Of a DNA stretch of 37,785 nt, positions 1 through 9,418 are shown in pieces (positions within the stretch are counted from its first letter, which is position 1; each line of letters starts with the position of its first letter). Source of the DNA: Pontimonas sp. (GTDB taxonomy: Bacteria; Actinomycetota; Actinomycetes; Actinomycetales; Microbacteriaceae); the NCBI GenBank assembly GCA_047633115.1, contig JBLIEN010000001.1, positions 1 through 37,785 of the forward strand. Reading direction: 5' to 3'. The notes under the pieces are model-generated. The model had not been told where the DNA came from. It was given only the letters and a program-made list of their open reading frames with translations, and ran no database searches. The position numbers and the translations under genes were made by a program.

Positions 1-927
1 AAGCTAAACACGGGCGCAATCACCATAGGTCTGGCATCGCCAGCATCCGAAGCCGCGGCTGTCAAAGCGTTGCGGGACCAAAAAGTTACCGCATTCGCCC
101 TGGAACTGGTCCCTCGGATCTCGCGCGCACAGTCCATGGATGCCCTTACCTCGCAGGCGTTAGTCGCAGGGTATCGCTGCGTTATTGAGGCCTCGATGCG
201 GCTGCCACGTTTTTTCCCCCTGTACATGACCGCTGCGGGCACGGTCCCCCCGGCCACTGTGCTCGTGTTGGGTGCTGGAGTCGCCGGGTTGCAAGCGATT
301 GCCACTGCTAAGCGTCTCGGAGCGAGGGTTAATGCTTATGACGTTCGCGCTGCTTCGGCTGATGAGGTTCGCTCTATGGGAGGAACCTTTATCGAACTCG
401 ACCTGGAAGTTTCTGCCGATGGCGCCGGTGGCTATGCGAAAGAGCTCGCTGCTGATCGCGTGAAGCACCAGCAAGAGTTGCTCACTCCTTTTGTCACTGC
501 CGCGGATGTCATCATCACCACAGCGGCTATCCCTGGCCGACCCGCCCCGCGACTCATCACGGCGACGATGATGAAAGACATGAAGCCAGGTTCGGTCATC
601 ATCGACCTCGCCGCTGAAACCGGCGGAAACGTTGAAGGCTCGCAGCCCGGTGATGACGTCTTGGTCAGCGTGGGAAAGTCCGGGGGGACAATCACCCTCG
701 TGGGAATGAAAGATGTTCCCTCCGCTATGGCCTTTGATGCCTCAAGGCTTTACGCGAAGAACGTGTCGAACCTTTTGGCTCTGATGACTAAAGATCAGAC
801 GGTTGCTCCCGATTTCGACGACGAAGTGGTTGCAGGAGCGTGTCTGACCCACGACGGTGTGATTCGTCACGCACCCACCGCTGAGGCCGCGGCCGCACCG
901 GCTCCCTCGAAGAAAGGCACAAAGTAA
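1..927 (+). CDS. pntAa: NAD(P) transhydrogenase subunit alpha part 1 (dI, NAD-binding), 5'-truncated by window
   Basis: Frame is open from base 1 to TAA at 925-927. Motifs PRISRAQSMDALTSQ, GAGVAGLQA, GGYAKE and DLAAETGGN are present. Confidence 0.95.
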   Translation, partial: KLNTGAITIGLASPASEAAAVKALRDQKVTAFALELVPRISRAQSMDALTSQALVAGYRCVIEASMRLPRFFPLYMTAAGTVPPATVLVLGAGVAGLQAIATAKRLGARVNAYDVRAASADEVRSMGGTFIELDLEVSADGAGGYAKELAADRVKHQQELLTPFVTAADVIITTAAIPGRPAPRLITATMMKDMKPGSVIIDLAAETGGNVEGSQPGDDVLVSVGKSGGTITLVGMKDVPSAMAFDASRLYAKNVSNLLALMTKDQTVAPDFDDEVVAGACLTHDGVIRHAPTAEAAAAPAPSKKGTK

Positions 928-1229
928 TGGATTCCATCAATCTTCTGACCTACTTCGTTCTGGCGGTGTTCGTCGGGTTTGAAGTGGTGTCTAAAGTGTC
1001 TAGCACTCTCCACACACCTCTGATGTCGGGCGCTAACGCCATCCACGGGATCATCCTGGTCGGGGCCATTGTGGTGGCGGGCCACGCCGATTCCACCTGG
1101 AAGCTTGTGCTCGCGCTGATCGCGGTGCTGATGGCCACCGTGAACCTCGTCGGCGGCTTTGTGGTCACAGACCGCATGCTCGAGATGTTTGGCGGCAAAA
1201 AGAAGACCTCTAAAGGAGCAACCTCATGA
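927..1229 (+). CDS. pntAb: NAD(P) transhydrogenase subunit alpha part 2 (membrane)
   Basis: Motifs LHTPLMSGANAIHG and GGFVVTDRMLEMF; TAATG coupling to pntAa. Confidence 0.95.
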   Translation: MDSINLLTYFVLAVFVGFEVVSKVSSTLHTPLMSGANAIHGIILVGAIVVAGHADSTWKLVLALIAVLMATVNLVGGFVVTDRMLEMFGGKKKTSKGATS

Positions 1230-2599
1230 GTATCCTCACCGAGGAAGTCGAAGCACTCCTCTATCTTGTTGCGGCGGTCTGCTTCATTCTGGCCCTGCGC
1301 GGTTTAGCGTCGCCTAAGTCCGCCCGGCGCGGAAACCTAATTGGTGCCCTCGGAGCAGTCGTGGGTGTTGTCACTGTTTTCCTCGCTGAAGAGCTGTCCA
1401 ACATCGGCTTGATCCTGATTGTTATCGCTGTGGGTTCTGCGATCTCTGTTCCTGCCTCTCGCATGGTCAAGATGACGCAAATGCCTCAACTAGTCGCACT
1501 CTTCAACGGTGTGGGGGGTGGCGCGGCTGCAGTGGTCGCTTTCCTCGAGCTAGGTGCTGCTGACACGGTGGGCTTCCTCATCGCCGTCGCTTTCACCATC
1601 TTTGTGGGAAGCGTCTCGTTCTCGGGGTCGGTTATCACCTTTGCCAAGCTGCAAGAGATGATGACGACTCGTCCCGTTCTCTTCAAGGGCCAGCGCTATG
1701 TGATGGTGCTACTGACTATCGCTGCTTTGGGCGGTTCCGTGCTGGTCGTGACGCAGGGCAACCTGACTTTGGGTGCTGCGCTGATGGCGGTGGGACTTGT
1801 CATGGGTGTTCTCCTCGTTTTGCCCGTCGGCGGCGCCGATGTCCCGATTGTTATTTCCCTTCTCAACGCCATGACCGGCTTGGCAGTCGCTGCCTCTGGA
1901 CTGGTCTTGGGCAACACTCTGCTGCTGGTGGCGGGCACGCTGGTAGGAGCTTCGGGTACCATCCTCACGCGGGCGATGGCCAGCGCCATGGGCCGCAGCG
2001 TCAACAACATCGTCTTCGGCGCCTTCAAGGGAGGCTCGACTGCGGGTTCCACAGAGGTATCGAGTCGTCCGGTGAAGTCAGGCTCTGCTGAGGACGTCGC
2101 GATTTTGCTCGGTTACTCTCAGCGGGTCATCGTGGTCCCCGGCTATGGTCTCGCTGTCGCCCAAGCACAACACACCATGTACGAACTGGCCAAAGTGCTG
2201 GAGTCCAAGGGCATCGAGGTCGTCTTTGGGATCCATCCGGTCGCTGGTCGGATGCCAGGCCACATGAACGTGTTGTTGGCGGAAGCGAATGTGCCCTACG
2301 AGGTGCTTCAAGAAATGGATGACGTGAACCCCCAGTTCAAGACAGCTGATGTCTGTCTTGTCGTGGGAGCAAACGACGTGGTGAATCCCGCCGCGAAGAC
2401 TAGTCCCGGTTCCCCCATATACGGAATGCCCATCCTTGATGCTGGAGAGGCGAAGCAGGTGGTGTTCCTCAAGCGCTCGATGCGTCCAGGTTTTGCGGGA
2501 ATCGAAAACGAGCTCCTGTATGAGCCCAATACGACTCTTCTTTTCGGTGACGCAAAAGAGACCCTGTCCAAGGTTCTCAGCGCTGTCAAAGCCTTGTAA
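1226..2599 (+). CDS. pntB: NAD(P) transhydrogenase subunit beta
   Basis: Multi-pass N-terminus; motifs MPQLVALFNG, PGYGLAVAQAQH, IHPVAGRMPGHMNVLLAEA and GANDVVNP. Confidence 0.97.
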   Translation: MSILTEEVEALLYLVAAVCFILALRGLASPKSARRGNLIGALGAVVGVVTVFLAEELSNIGLILIVIAVGSAISVPASRMVKMTQMPQLVALFNGVGGGAAAVVAFLELGAADTVGFLIAVAFTIFVGSVSFSGSVITFAKLQEMMTTRPVLFKGQRYVMVLLTIAALGGSVLVVTQGNLTLGAALMAVGLVMGVLLVLPVGGADVPIVISLLNAMTGLAVAASGLVLGNTLLLVAGTLVGASGTILTRAMASAMGRSVNNIVFGAFKGGSTAGSTEVSSRPVKSGSAEDVAILLGYSQRVIVVPGYGLAVAQAQHTMYELAKVLESKGIEVVFGIHPVAGRMPGHMNVLLAEANVPYEVLQEMDDVNPQFKTADVCLVVGANDVVNPAAKTSPGSPIYGMPILDAGEAKQVVFLKRSMRPGFAGIENELLYEPNTTLLFGDAKETLSKVLSAVKAL

Positions 2600-2606
2600 G
2601 GAACTC

Positions 2607-2906
2607 ATGGCACTGTTTGCGATTACCTATCGTTACGCGAAGGAACCAGTCCGCATTGCGGAGCACCGGCCAGCGCATCGAGAATACTTGCAAAGCTTGC
2701 TGGGCGCTGGAGGGCTTATTGCCAGTGGCCCTGTGGCGGGCGAAGCGGGCCCCGGAGCTTTGTTGCTTTGTGATCTTGCCAGCGTGGCTGACGTTGAAGC
2801 TGCGCTCAACCTCGACCCGTTTTGGACTCTGGGGTTGATCGACTCGCGCGAAATCGGCGAGTGGTCTGTGGTCTTTGGATCGATTGGTCGTGAGGGTGAG
2901 CACTAG
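2607..2906 (+). CDS. YciI family protein
   Basis: ATG at 2607 follows AAGGA. Motifs RPAHREYL, ASGP and DPF; 99 aa. Confidence 0.85.
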   Translation: MALFAITYRYAKEPVRIAEHRPAHREYLQSLLGAGGLIASGPVAGEAGPGALLLCDLASVADVEAALNLDPFWTLGLIDSREIGEWSVVFGSIGREGEH

Positions 2907-3684
2907 AACACCTCCCGGTCGTGCGCTGGTGACCGGGGCCAGCTCCGGCATCGGAGCGGCAACAGTCCGTGCCCTGCGCGATGCTGGATGGGATGTGGTC
3001 GCGGTTGCTCGCAGGCACGAGCGCCTGGAGGTCCTCGCTGCAGACACTGGCTGCGACGTGATTGTGGCTGACGTGACGAGAGACTCAGATATTGCGCGTG
3101 TTGTGGAGACCGTGCAATCCACGGGAGGCATCAGCGCACTGGTCAACGTTGCCGGCGGCGCCATAGGTGCCGATAGCGTGGCCCAAGCCCAGAGTGAAGA
3201 CTGGTCCGCGATGTTCGAGCTTAATGTGGTCAGCGTCCAGCGCATGATTAGGGCGTTACTTCCTCTCTTGCGCCGCGCGTCGGAGGTTCGTGGCGTGGCC
3301 GACATTGTCAGTATTTCTTCGACCGCAGCGTTTATTAGTTATGAAGGCGGCGGAGGCTACAACGCGGCAAAAGCGGGACTTCACGCCGCCCTGGGGGCTT
3401 TGCGACTGGAGTTGGTCGGAGAGCCGATTCGGGTCGTGGAAATTGCTCCGGGCATGGTGAAAACCGAAGAGTTCGCGCTCAATCGGTTTGGCGGGGATCA
3501 GGCTAAAACGGATGCGTTGTATGAGGGAGTTGAGTCTCCTCTGGTGGCAGAGGATGTGGCAGACGTCGTTGCCTACGCTCTTGCAAGCCCGAAACACGTG
3601 AACCTTGACCTCATCCAGATGAAGCCTGTGGCACAAGCTGCCCAATACAAACTTCACCGAGGGCCACTCTCTCCCAAACTTTGA
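2896..3684 (+). CDS. Short-chain dehydrogenase/reductase (YdfG-like NADP-dependent oxidoreductase)
   Basis: TGASSGIG, catalytic YNAAK and IAPGMVKTEEF. GTG at 2896 is my preferred start; the exact start is uncertain. Confidence 0.88.
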   Translation: MSTRTPPGRALVTGASSGIGAATVRALRDAGWDVVAVARRHERLEVLAADTGCDVIVADVTRDSDIARVVETVQSTGGISALVNVAGGAIGADSVAQAQSEDWSAMFELNVVSVQRMIRALLPLLRRASEVRGVADIVSISSTAAFISYEGGGGYNAAKAGLHAALGALRLELVGEPIRVVEIAPGMVKTEEFALNRFGGDQAKTDALYEGVESPLVAEDVADVVAYALASPKHVNLDLIQMKPVAQAAQYKLHRGPLSPKL

Positions 3685-3717
3685 GCCCGCCCAGACACTC
3701 CCCGATAGAATAAGGAG

Positions 3718-4566
3718 GTGATTCTGCGCCTCGTCGAAATATCCCGGCCCGTTCTGTGGGTGAATACAATAGGGACTGCCGTCATTGGGATGTGGCTGGC
3801 GGGTGAGTTGTGGACGTGGTCCATTGTTCCTATTCTCCTGTGGGTGAGTTTTCCCTTCAATTTGTTGATCTATGGCGTGAATGACATCTACGACCAAGAC
3901 ACCGACTCCGATAATGCCCGGAAAGGTGGGTACGGCGGGGCCAAGATTAGGCCGCGCGAAACGAAGATGATCGCGTGGGGGGTCGTCCTTACGAACCTCC
4001 CTTTCTTTGTCTACTTCGCGGTGACCCTCCCCTGGGAGGCCGTTGCCTGGATGGCCGCGTACGCCCTCTTGTTTTGGCAGTATTCGGCCACCCCATTGCG
4101 GTTTAAAGGCCGCCCGATTTTGGATTCCCTGTCCAACGCCGACTATGCCTTTCCTCTCGTCTTCGTGCCCCTGGCGTTAGGGGTTTCACCTGTATGGGAA
4201 GCTGCTCTCGGACTCATGATGTGGTCAGTGGCTAAGCACGTCTATGACGCGATTCAAGACATTGATGAAGATGCCGCGGCGGGGATTGTCACTACCGCGG
4301 TGAAGTTTGGCATCAAGGGGTCACTGGTGTGGTCAGGGAGCTGGTGGACCGTATCCACGGTGCTGTTTGCCCTGGTAAACATCCCCGTTGCCGTGGTGAA
4401 TGCTCTCTTAGCGGGCTGGCTCGTCATCGCCCAGTGGAGAAAGCCAGAGATTGCCCAGGCTAGAAGGCTGTACCGCTATTCCGTGGCGTTCCCCTATGTG
4501 GCGGGCGCTGTCGCAGGAGTACAGCTGGTGGGCGCACTCGTTTTCGGGGTGTACCCGGGACCATGA
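3718..4566 (+). CDS. UbiA-family prenyltransferase, lycopene elongase (CrtEb/LyeJ)-like
   Basis: SRPVLWVNT, Asp-rich YGVNDIYDQDTD and AIQDIDED, YSATPLRFK; multi-pass; coupled to a carotenoid desaturase. Confidence 0.8.
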   Translation: MILRLVEISRPVLWVNTIGTAVIGMWLAGELWTWSIVPILLWVSFPFNLLIYGVNDIYDQDTDSDNARKGGYGGAKIRPRETKMIAWGVVLTNLPFFVYFAVTLPWEAVAWMAAYALLFWQYSATPLRFKGRPILDSLSNADYAFPLVFVPLALGVSPVWEAALGLMMWSVAKHVYDAIQDIDEDAAAGIVTTAVKFGIKGSLVWSGSWWTVSTVLFALVNIPVAVVNALLAGWLVIAQWRKPEIAQARRLYRYSVAFPYVAGAVAGVQLVGALVFGVYPGP

Positions 4567-5978
4567 CTCAGCGCATCACGGTTATCGGGGGAGGTTTAGG
4601 CGGCCTGGCGGCGGCCGCATTGCTGGCTCGCGCCGGCCACACCGTCACTCTCCTGGAAGGCCAGGAATGGCTGGGGGGGAAAAGTAGGCGAATCGAGGTA
4701 GCCGGCCAACGCATTGACACCGGCCCCTCGCTCGTGACGTTTCCGGATGTCTGGAACCAAGTCTTAGCAACCTGGGACGCAGCGGGTGGTGGCCCCACCG
4801 CTGCCAGCATCGCGGACGTCACCTTAGAACGCTTGCCCGAAGTGGGGCGCTACTACTTCCGAGGAGATCAAGCCAATCTTCCAGTTGAGCCAGGCCATGC
4901 GTGGCATGACGCCTGGCAACGCTTCCAAAAAGAGCATGGCGGACTAGGGCCCGCGATTACGACCTTGCTGACCCATGATCCCTGGGACCCGGCCATTCTT
5001 TCCGCTGGAAGGGAGCTCCTTTCTCGCTATGGATTCAGGCTCACCACACAGGCGTATCTCGATGGTTTGGACTGGATGCCCGCCGAGCTTAAAGAAATCA
5101 TCGCCATTCACACTCTGAACGCAGGGGTAGCGCCGAATCAAACGCTTGCGCTGTATGCCACGATGGCTGCCGTGATGGCCCAAGACGGGGTGTGGGTTCC
5201 GCGCGGTGGCGTTTACGAGATTGCACGGGGACTAGAAAATCTCGCCCGTCATGCCGGGGTCACCCTTCGCACATCTGAACCGGTGGTGTCGGTGAAGAAG
5301 GGGAGCGTGACAACGAACCAGGGAACATATCTTTCGGACTATGTCGTGAGTGCTCTGGACGGGGGGATTCTTGAGCGCCTGATGGGCAAACCGGCCGCTA
5401 GGCCCCCAGCACGACTCTCCTGCTCGGGCGTAGCCGTCTTCGGAGTGTTGGACGAGGAGCTCCCCGAAGACGTCGTGACGCACTCGGTGATGATGCCCGG
5501 GCGCTCCAAGGAACTTTTCGATGCTCTGGGCAAAAGGGAGCGCCCCAAAGAGACGATGGCGTTTTTGAACTATTACCGCGCTGGTCAGATCTATCCCAAT
5601 GACCGACCTGTTGCGGCCCTGCTGCTCACCGCGCCGCCGGATGGAAAACCCTGCGACATCAACGACCCTTTCGTGCAATCTGAAGCTAGGCGGTTCTCCG
5701 ACGTTTTGGGGCTCGAGCGCTCCATCACCGACATGATGGAGGATCACACTGTTTTACACCCCGAGTATTTTGCGGGGTTTGGAGCGGTGGGTGGAGCGCT
5801 TTATGGGGAGCCAGCACCATGGTGGCGCAGTGGCCCCTTCCATTCGCCTCCCTACAACAGCCCCCGAACACCATGGCTCTGGCGGGTGGGCTCGAGTGTC
5901 CACCCCGGGGGAGGAATTCCTGCTGTATTGGGTGGGGTGTTGATTTCTATGCGGCGGATGCTCACCACTCTGGGGTAA
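4563..5978 (+). CDS. Phytoene desaturase-family FAD oxidoreductase (CrtI/CrtD-like)
   Basis: GGGLGGLA FAD motif, DTGPS, GALYG and C-terminal VGSSVHPGGGIPAV. Confidence 0.82.
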   Translation: MTQRITVIGGGLGGLAAAALLARAGHTVTLLEGQEWLGGKSRRIEVAGQRIDTGPSLVTFPDVWNQVLATWDAAGGGPTAASIADVTLERLPEVGRYYFRGDQANLPVEPGHAWHDAWQRFQKEHGGLGPAITTLLTHDPWDPAILSAGRELLSRYGFRLTTQAYLDGLDWMPAELKEIIAIHTLNAGVAPNQTLALYATMAAVMAQDGVWVPRGGVYEIARGLENLARHAGVTLRTSEPVVSVKKGSVTTNQGTYLSDYVVSALDGGILERLMGKPAARPPARLSCSGVAVFGVLDEELPEDVVTHSVMMPGRSKELFDALGKRERPKETMAFLNYYRAGQIYPNDRPVAALLLTAPPDGKPCDINDPFVQSEARRFSDVLGLERSITDMMEDHTVLHPEYFAGFGAVGGALYGEPAPWWRSGPFHSPPYNSPRTPWLWRVGSSVHPGGGIPAVLGGVLISMRRMLTTLG

Positions 5979-6202
5979 GAAGGCTCTCCTACGCACCTCC
6001 GAGGTGAGTTCGCGATGCGCCATCAGTGTGGCGCACCAACAGCCCTCGTGCGGGGCGCAGCCGCTCAGTTTCGTCGTGAGGCGACTTGAAGCACGGCACG
6101 AAGAGCAGCGGTGCCGTCTGGCTCAGAGAACGCGCGAGTACTTTTCATTTTCACAACATTGAAAGATTCGGGAACCTCTCGTGCCGCAAAGAGTGTAAAG
6201 AA

Positions 6203-6278
6203 TGGTGGCTCCGACGGGCGTCGATCCCGTGACCTCTCGATTTTCAGTCGAACGCTCTACCAACTGAGCTACAGAGCC
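6203..6278 (-). tRNA. tRNA-Phe(GAA), CCA encoded
   Basis: Minus strand reads GGCTCTGTAGCTCAGTTGGTAGAGC...CTGAAAA...GGAGCCACCA; folds as a cloverleaf. Confidence 0.97.
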
Positions 6279-6285
6279 ATGGTGC

Positions 6286-6315
6286 GACAGAGCCTCTCCT
6301 TCGAGAGACTCTGTC
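6286..6315. other. Hairpin in the tRNA-Asp/tRNA-Phe spacer
   Basis: GACAGAG-C-CTCTC-CTTC-GAGAG-A-CTCTGTC, an inverted repeat with one mismatch. Confidence 0.55.
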
Positions 6316-6323
6316 CTCAACCG

Positions 6324-6397
6324 CGACCCTGACGGGACTTGAACCCGCGACCTCCGCCGTGACAGGGCGGCACGCTAACCAACTGCGCTACAGGGCC
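6324..6397 (-). tRNA. tRNA-Asp(GTC), CCA not encoded
   Basis: Minus strand reads GGCCCTGTAGCGCAGTTGGTTAGC...CTGTCAC...GGTTCAAGTCC...CAGGGTCG. Confidence 0.97.
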
Positions 6398-6417
6398 TTG
6401 CGTATTAAATTATATTG

Positions 6418-6490
6418 TGACCCCAACGGGATTCGAACCCGTGCTACCGCCGTGAAAGGGCGGCGTCCTAGGCCACTAAACGATGGGGCC
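6418..6490 (-). tRNA. tRNA-Glu(TTC), CCA not encoded
   Basis: Minus strand reads GGCCCCATCGTTTAGTGGCCTAGGAC...CTTTCAC...GGTTCGAATCC...TGGGGTCA. Confidence 0.97.
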
Positions 6491-6621
6491 GAAGCTACCA
6501 CCAAAGCATAGCGACAAGGGTTGAGTCTACGGAGCAGTTCCCTCGAATGCAAACGCCCTCCTTACCGCCACACCGGGCCAAACACCGAACTCCACAGGGG
6601 AAATGGCTATCGTTACCTTCC

Positions 6622-7836
6622 GTGAGGTTTCTATCAAAGCGCGTGGTGCATTCGCTGTGGGCGGCCCTCGCAGCCCTCATCGTGATTATTAGCGTGGGAG
6701 TGGCTCCGGCGAGTCCTGCTTTTGCGGATGAATTCCCCACGTGGGAAGAAGTGCAAGACGCCCGTAAAGACGTCGCCGCGGCTGAGGCCAAGGTCAACGA
6801 AATCATGGAGCTGCTCGCTGGTTTAGAACAAGCTGCAGCCGAGGCCGAGCAGGAAGCCGCTCGACTGGGAGAAATCTATTATGAAGCACTCACTGAACTT
6901 GATGAAGCCACGTATCAACAGTCTCAACTTCAAGCCCAGGCAGATAACGCTTCCGCATCCGCCGAAGAGTCACGCATGAAGGCGGGACAGTTTGTTGCTG
7001 AAATGGCTCGGGTCGGTGGAGCAGATCTCACCGCGAGACTTTTCATCAGTGGTGATGATGCCACCGAACTTCTTTCTCGCATCGGTTACGCGGCGAAGAT
7101 CGCAGAGCAAACCGATGGCATTTATGCCCGAGCGCTCGCCGATATGAACGCGGCTCAATCGCTCAGCGATCAGGCTGAGGTGGCCCGAGAAATTCGTGAA
7201 GACCTCCAGGTGGTTGCCGAGTCGGCCTTCGAGGCCGCCAACGGCGCCGCGTTGCGGGCTTATGACGCTGTGGAGGCCCAGTATGCAAACAGTGCGCGCC
7301 TCGAAGCCCAACTCGAAGTGCTGGTCGAACAACGCCAGGCCACCGAGGTGGACTACCAGAAAGGCGTTGTCGCAAGATCTCAGGCGGACATCGCGGGCAT
7401 GATCAGCCCAGGCCAAATTAGCTCTGCGGGGTGGGCGAGACCTTCGGGCGGGTATGTCTCGAGCAGTTATGGGCCTCGGATCCACCCGATTTATGGCTTC
7501 GCCCGCCTTCATGCCGGTATCGACTTAGCCACCGCCTGCGGAAATCCGGTGTATGCCGCCAACACGGCCCGCGTGAGCTATTCGGGATGGCTGGGAAGCT
7601 CGGGTAACTTCATCCGGCTCACTCACGATGATGGGTACACCACCGGCTACGCGCACCTTCAAAGCGGCTCACTGTATGTCAAGCTCGGACAGACTGTGGT
7701 GACGGGCCAGTTGATTGCTCGTATTGGATCAACCGGAGGCTCCACCGGCTGCCACTTGCACTTGGAGACCAGGAAAAACATGGTCTCTCAAGACCCTTAC
7801 CCGTTCTTCGCCAATCGGGGGATTGGCCTGGGCTAG
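6622..7836 (+). CDS. Secreted coiled-coil M23 family peptidoglycan endopeptidase
   Basis: Signal peptide ending SPAFA, long Ala/Glu coiled coil, then HAGID and HLH zinc motifs. Start is uncertain (6547-6646). Confidence 0.88.
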   Translation: MRFLSKRVVHSLWAALAALIVIISVGVAPASPAFADEFPTWEEVQDARKDVAAAEAKVNEIMELLAGLEQAAAEAEQEAARLGEIYYEALTELDEATYQQSQLQAQADNASASAEESRMKAGQFVAEMARVGGADLTARLFISGDDATELLSRIGYAAKIAEQTDGIYARALADMNAAQSLSDQAEVAREIREDLQVVAESAFEAANGAALRAYDAVEAQYANSARLEAQLEVLVEQRQATEVDYQKGVVARSQADIAGMISPGQISSAGWARPSGGYVSSSYGPRIHPIYGFARLHAGIDLATACGNPVYAANTARVSYSGWLGSSGNFIRLTHDDGYTTGYAHLQSGSLYVKLGQTVVTGQLIARIGSTGGSTGCHLHLETRKNMVSQDPYPFFANRGIGLG

Positions 7837-8318
7837 TGACCAGGAAAAGCCGTGATGCCGGCCTGAATAATGGCTTCGGCGTCAGCCGCTGAACCCCACC
7901 CTTCAGTTTTTACCCATTTCGCCGGCTCCAAGTCTTTATAGTGCTCAAAAAAATGCTCGATTTCTTTGCGAGTGTATTCCGGGATGTCATTGACGTCCTG
8001 AAGGTGATCCCACCGCGGATCCCCGGAAGGAACTGCGACAACTTTCGCGTCGCTACCCCCATCGTCGGTCATGTTGAAGACCCCCACGGGCCGTACCGTG
8101 AGTCCCACACCGGGAAACAGCGGGTATTGCGTGAGGACGAGAACATCGACAGGGTCGTCATCGAGTCCCAAAGTGTTCTCAAAGAAGCCGTAATCGGTGG
8201 GATACACAAAGCTTGTGTAGAGCACGCGGTCGAGAAAGACTCGCCCCGTTTCGTGGTCAACTTCATACTTGTTGTGGGATCCGCGGGGGATTTCAATGAC
8301 GGCGGGGTAATCGGCCAT
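7833..8318 (-). CDS. ppa: Inorganic pyrophosphatase (family I)
   Basis: EIPRGSHNKYE, DYGF, DDDPVD and FFEHYKDLE; AAGGAG RBS before ATG at 8318. Confidence 0.96.
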   Translation of the reverse strand: MADYPAVIEIPRGSHNKYEVDHETGRVFLDRVLYTSFVYPTDYGFFENTLGLDDDPVDVLVLTQYPLFPGVGLTVRPVGVFNMTDDGGSDAKVVAVPSGDPRWDHLQDVNDIPEYTRKEIEHFFEHYKDLEPAKWVKTEGWGSAADAEAIIQAGITAFPGH

Positions 8319-8365
8319 AAACAACTGCTCCTTCGGGGGAAAGCTTCGTGAAGTAACCTTACCGG

Positions 8366-9418
8366 GTGGCTGAGAGGGACAAACCGGAGAGCTTAGACGC
8401 ACGCCCGCGGCTTAGCCCTGCGATGGCTGATGTGCGTAGGGCAGTCCGAGAATGGGCTGGTGACCTTGATACGTCGCCGGGACATTATCTGGTGGCGCTC
8501 AGCGGCGGCGGTGACTCTTTGGCTCTTGCATGGGCGCTCTCGAAAGAAGCACCTGCACTTCATTTACCCCTCGGTGCGGTGATTGTCGATCACCAACTGC
8601 AAGAGGGTTCCTCAGAAATCGCGCAGCGCGCAGCGGAGACCGTGGCCCAGTGGGGGCTGTCCCCCGCCATTATTAAGCGCGTCTCGGTCGGAGATCAGGG
8701 GGGCCCGGAAGAGGCCGCGAGAGCGGCACGTTACGGGGCCTTTCGCGAAGCCATGAAAGAGACCGGTGCTCGGGGAGTCATCCTCGCCCACACCAAAGAT
8801 GACCAGGCAGAGACAGTGGTGTTGGGAATGGGCCGGGGCAGCGGGCCTTCAGCGCTTAAGGGCATGGCCGCCCGAGAGGGCACGTATCATCGGCCTCTGC
8901 TGAGGCTTTCCCGGAAAACCCTGCGCACCGCGCTGGTTGATGCAGGTATCGAATGGTGGGATGACCCCCACAACGAGAATGAGCGTTACGCGCGTGTTCG
9001 AGTGCGCAACCGGGTGTTGCCGGTGTGGGAGGAGGAGCTTGGGCCAGGGATTTCTGATGCCCTGTCTCGAACCGCGTCGCTTTTTCGCCAAGACTCAGAC
9101 GCTCTCGACAGTTTTGCCCAGCTGTTCGTGGCGAAGCATGTGGAAGCTTCGAACCCGAGCGAACGGAGCATCAGCGTGCAGGCACTGATGGAGCAGCCCG
9201 CTGCGGTTCACACCAGGGCGCTGAGGATGATGGTGATCGCTGTGGGTGGCTCGGCACCAAGCTTCGCTCAGATGGATCAGATTCTGACAGTGCTTAGAAA
9301 CTGGAGGGGACAGTCCGCTCTCGACCTTTCCGGCGTTACCCTAGAGCGAACGGAGGGTCGCATCATGGTGCGGTCCAAAAAGAACTCCCCGTCGAAAGGG
9401 TTGCCTGATGGATTTTGA
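8366..9418 (+). CDS. tilS: tRNA(Ile)-lysidine synthetase
   Basis: PP-loop [27 protein letters not shown] and DPHN; lies upstream of hpt-ftsH. Confidence 0.93.
   Translation: MAERDKPESLDARPRLSPAMADVRRAVREWAGDLDTSPGHYLVALSGGGDSLALAWALSKEAPALHLPLGAVIVDHQLQEGSSEIAQRAAETVAQWGLSPAIIKRVSVGDQGGPEEAARAARYGAFREAMKETGARGVILAHTKDDQAETVVLGMGRGSGPSALKGMAAREGTYHRPLLRLSRKTLRTALVDAGIEWWDDPHNENERYARVRVRNRVLPVWEEELGPGISDALSRTASLFRQDSDALDSFAQLFVAKHVEASNPSERSISVQALMEQPAAVHTRALRMMVIAVGGSAPSFAQMDQILTVLRNWRGQSALDLSGVTLERTEGRIMVRSKKNSPSKGLPDGF

Noticed and set aside
1-2599. Split alpha subunit of transhydrogenase as a novelty or pseudogene
   Set aside because: The three-gene pntAa/pntAb/pntB form is a well-known arrangement.
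6111-6332. ORFs at 6111-6332 (+) and 6123-6320 (-)
   Set aside because: They overlap tRNA-Phe and are spurious frames.
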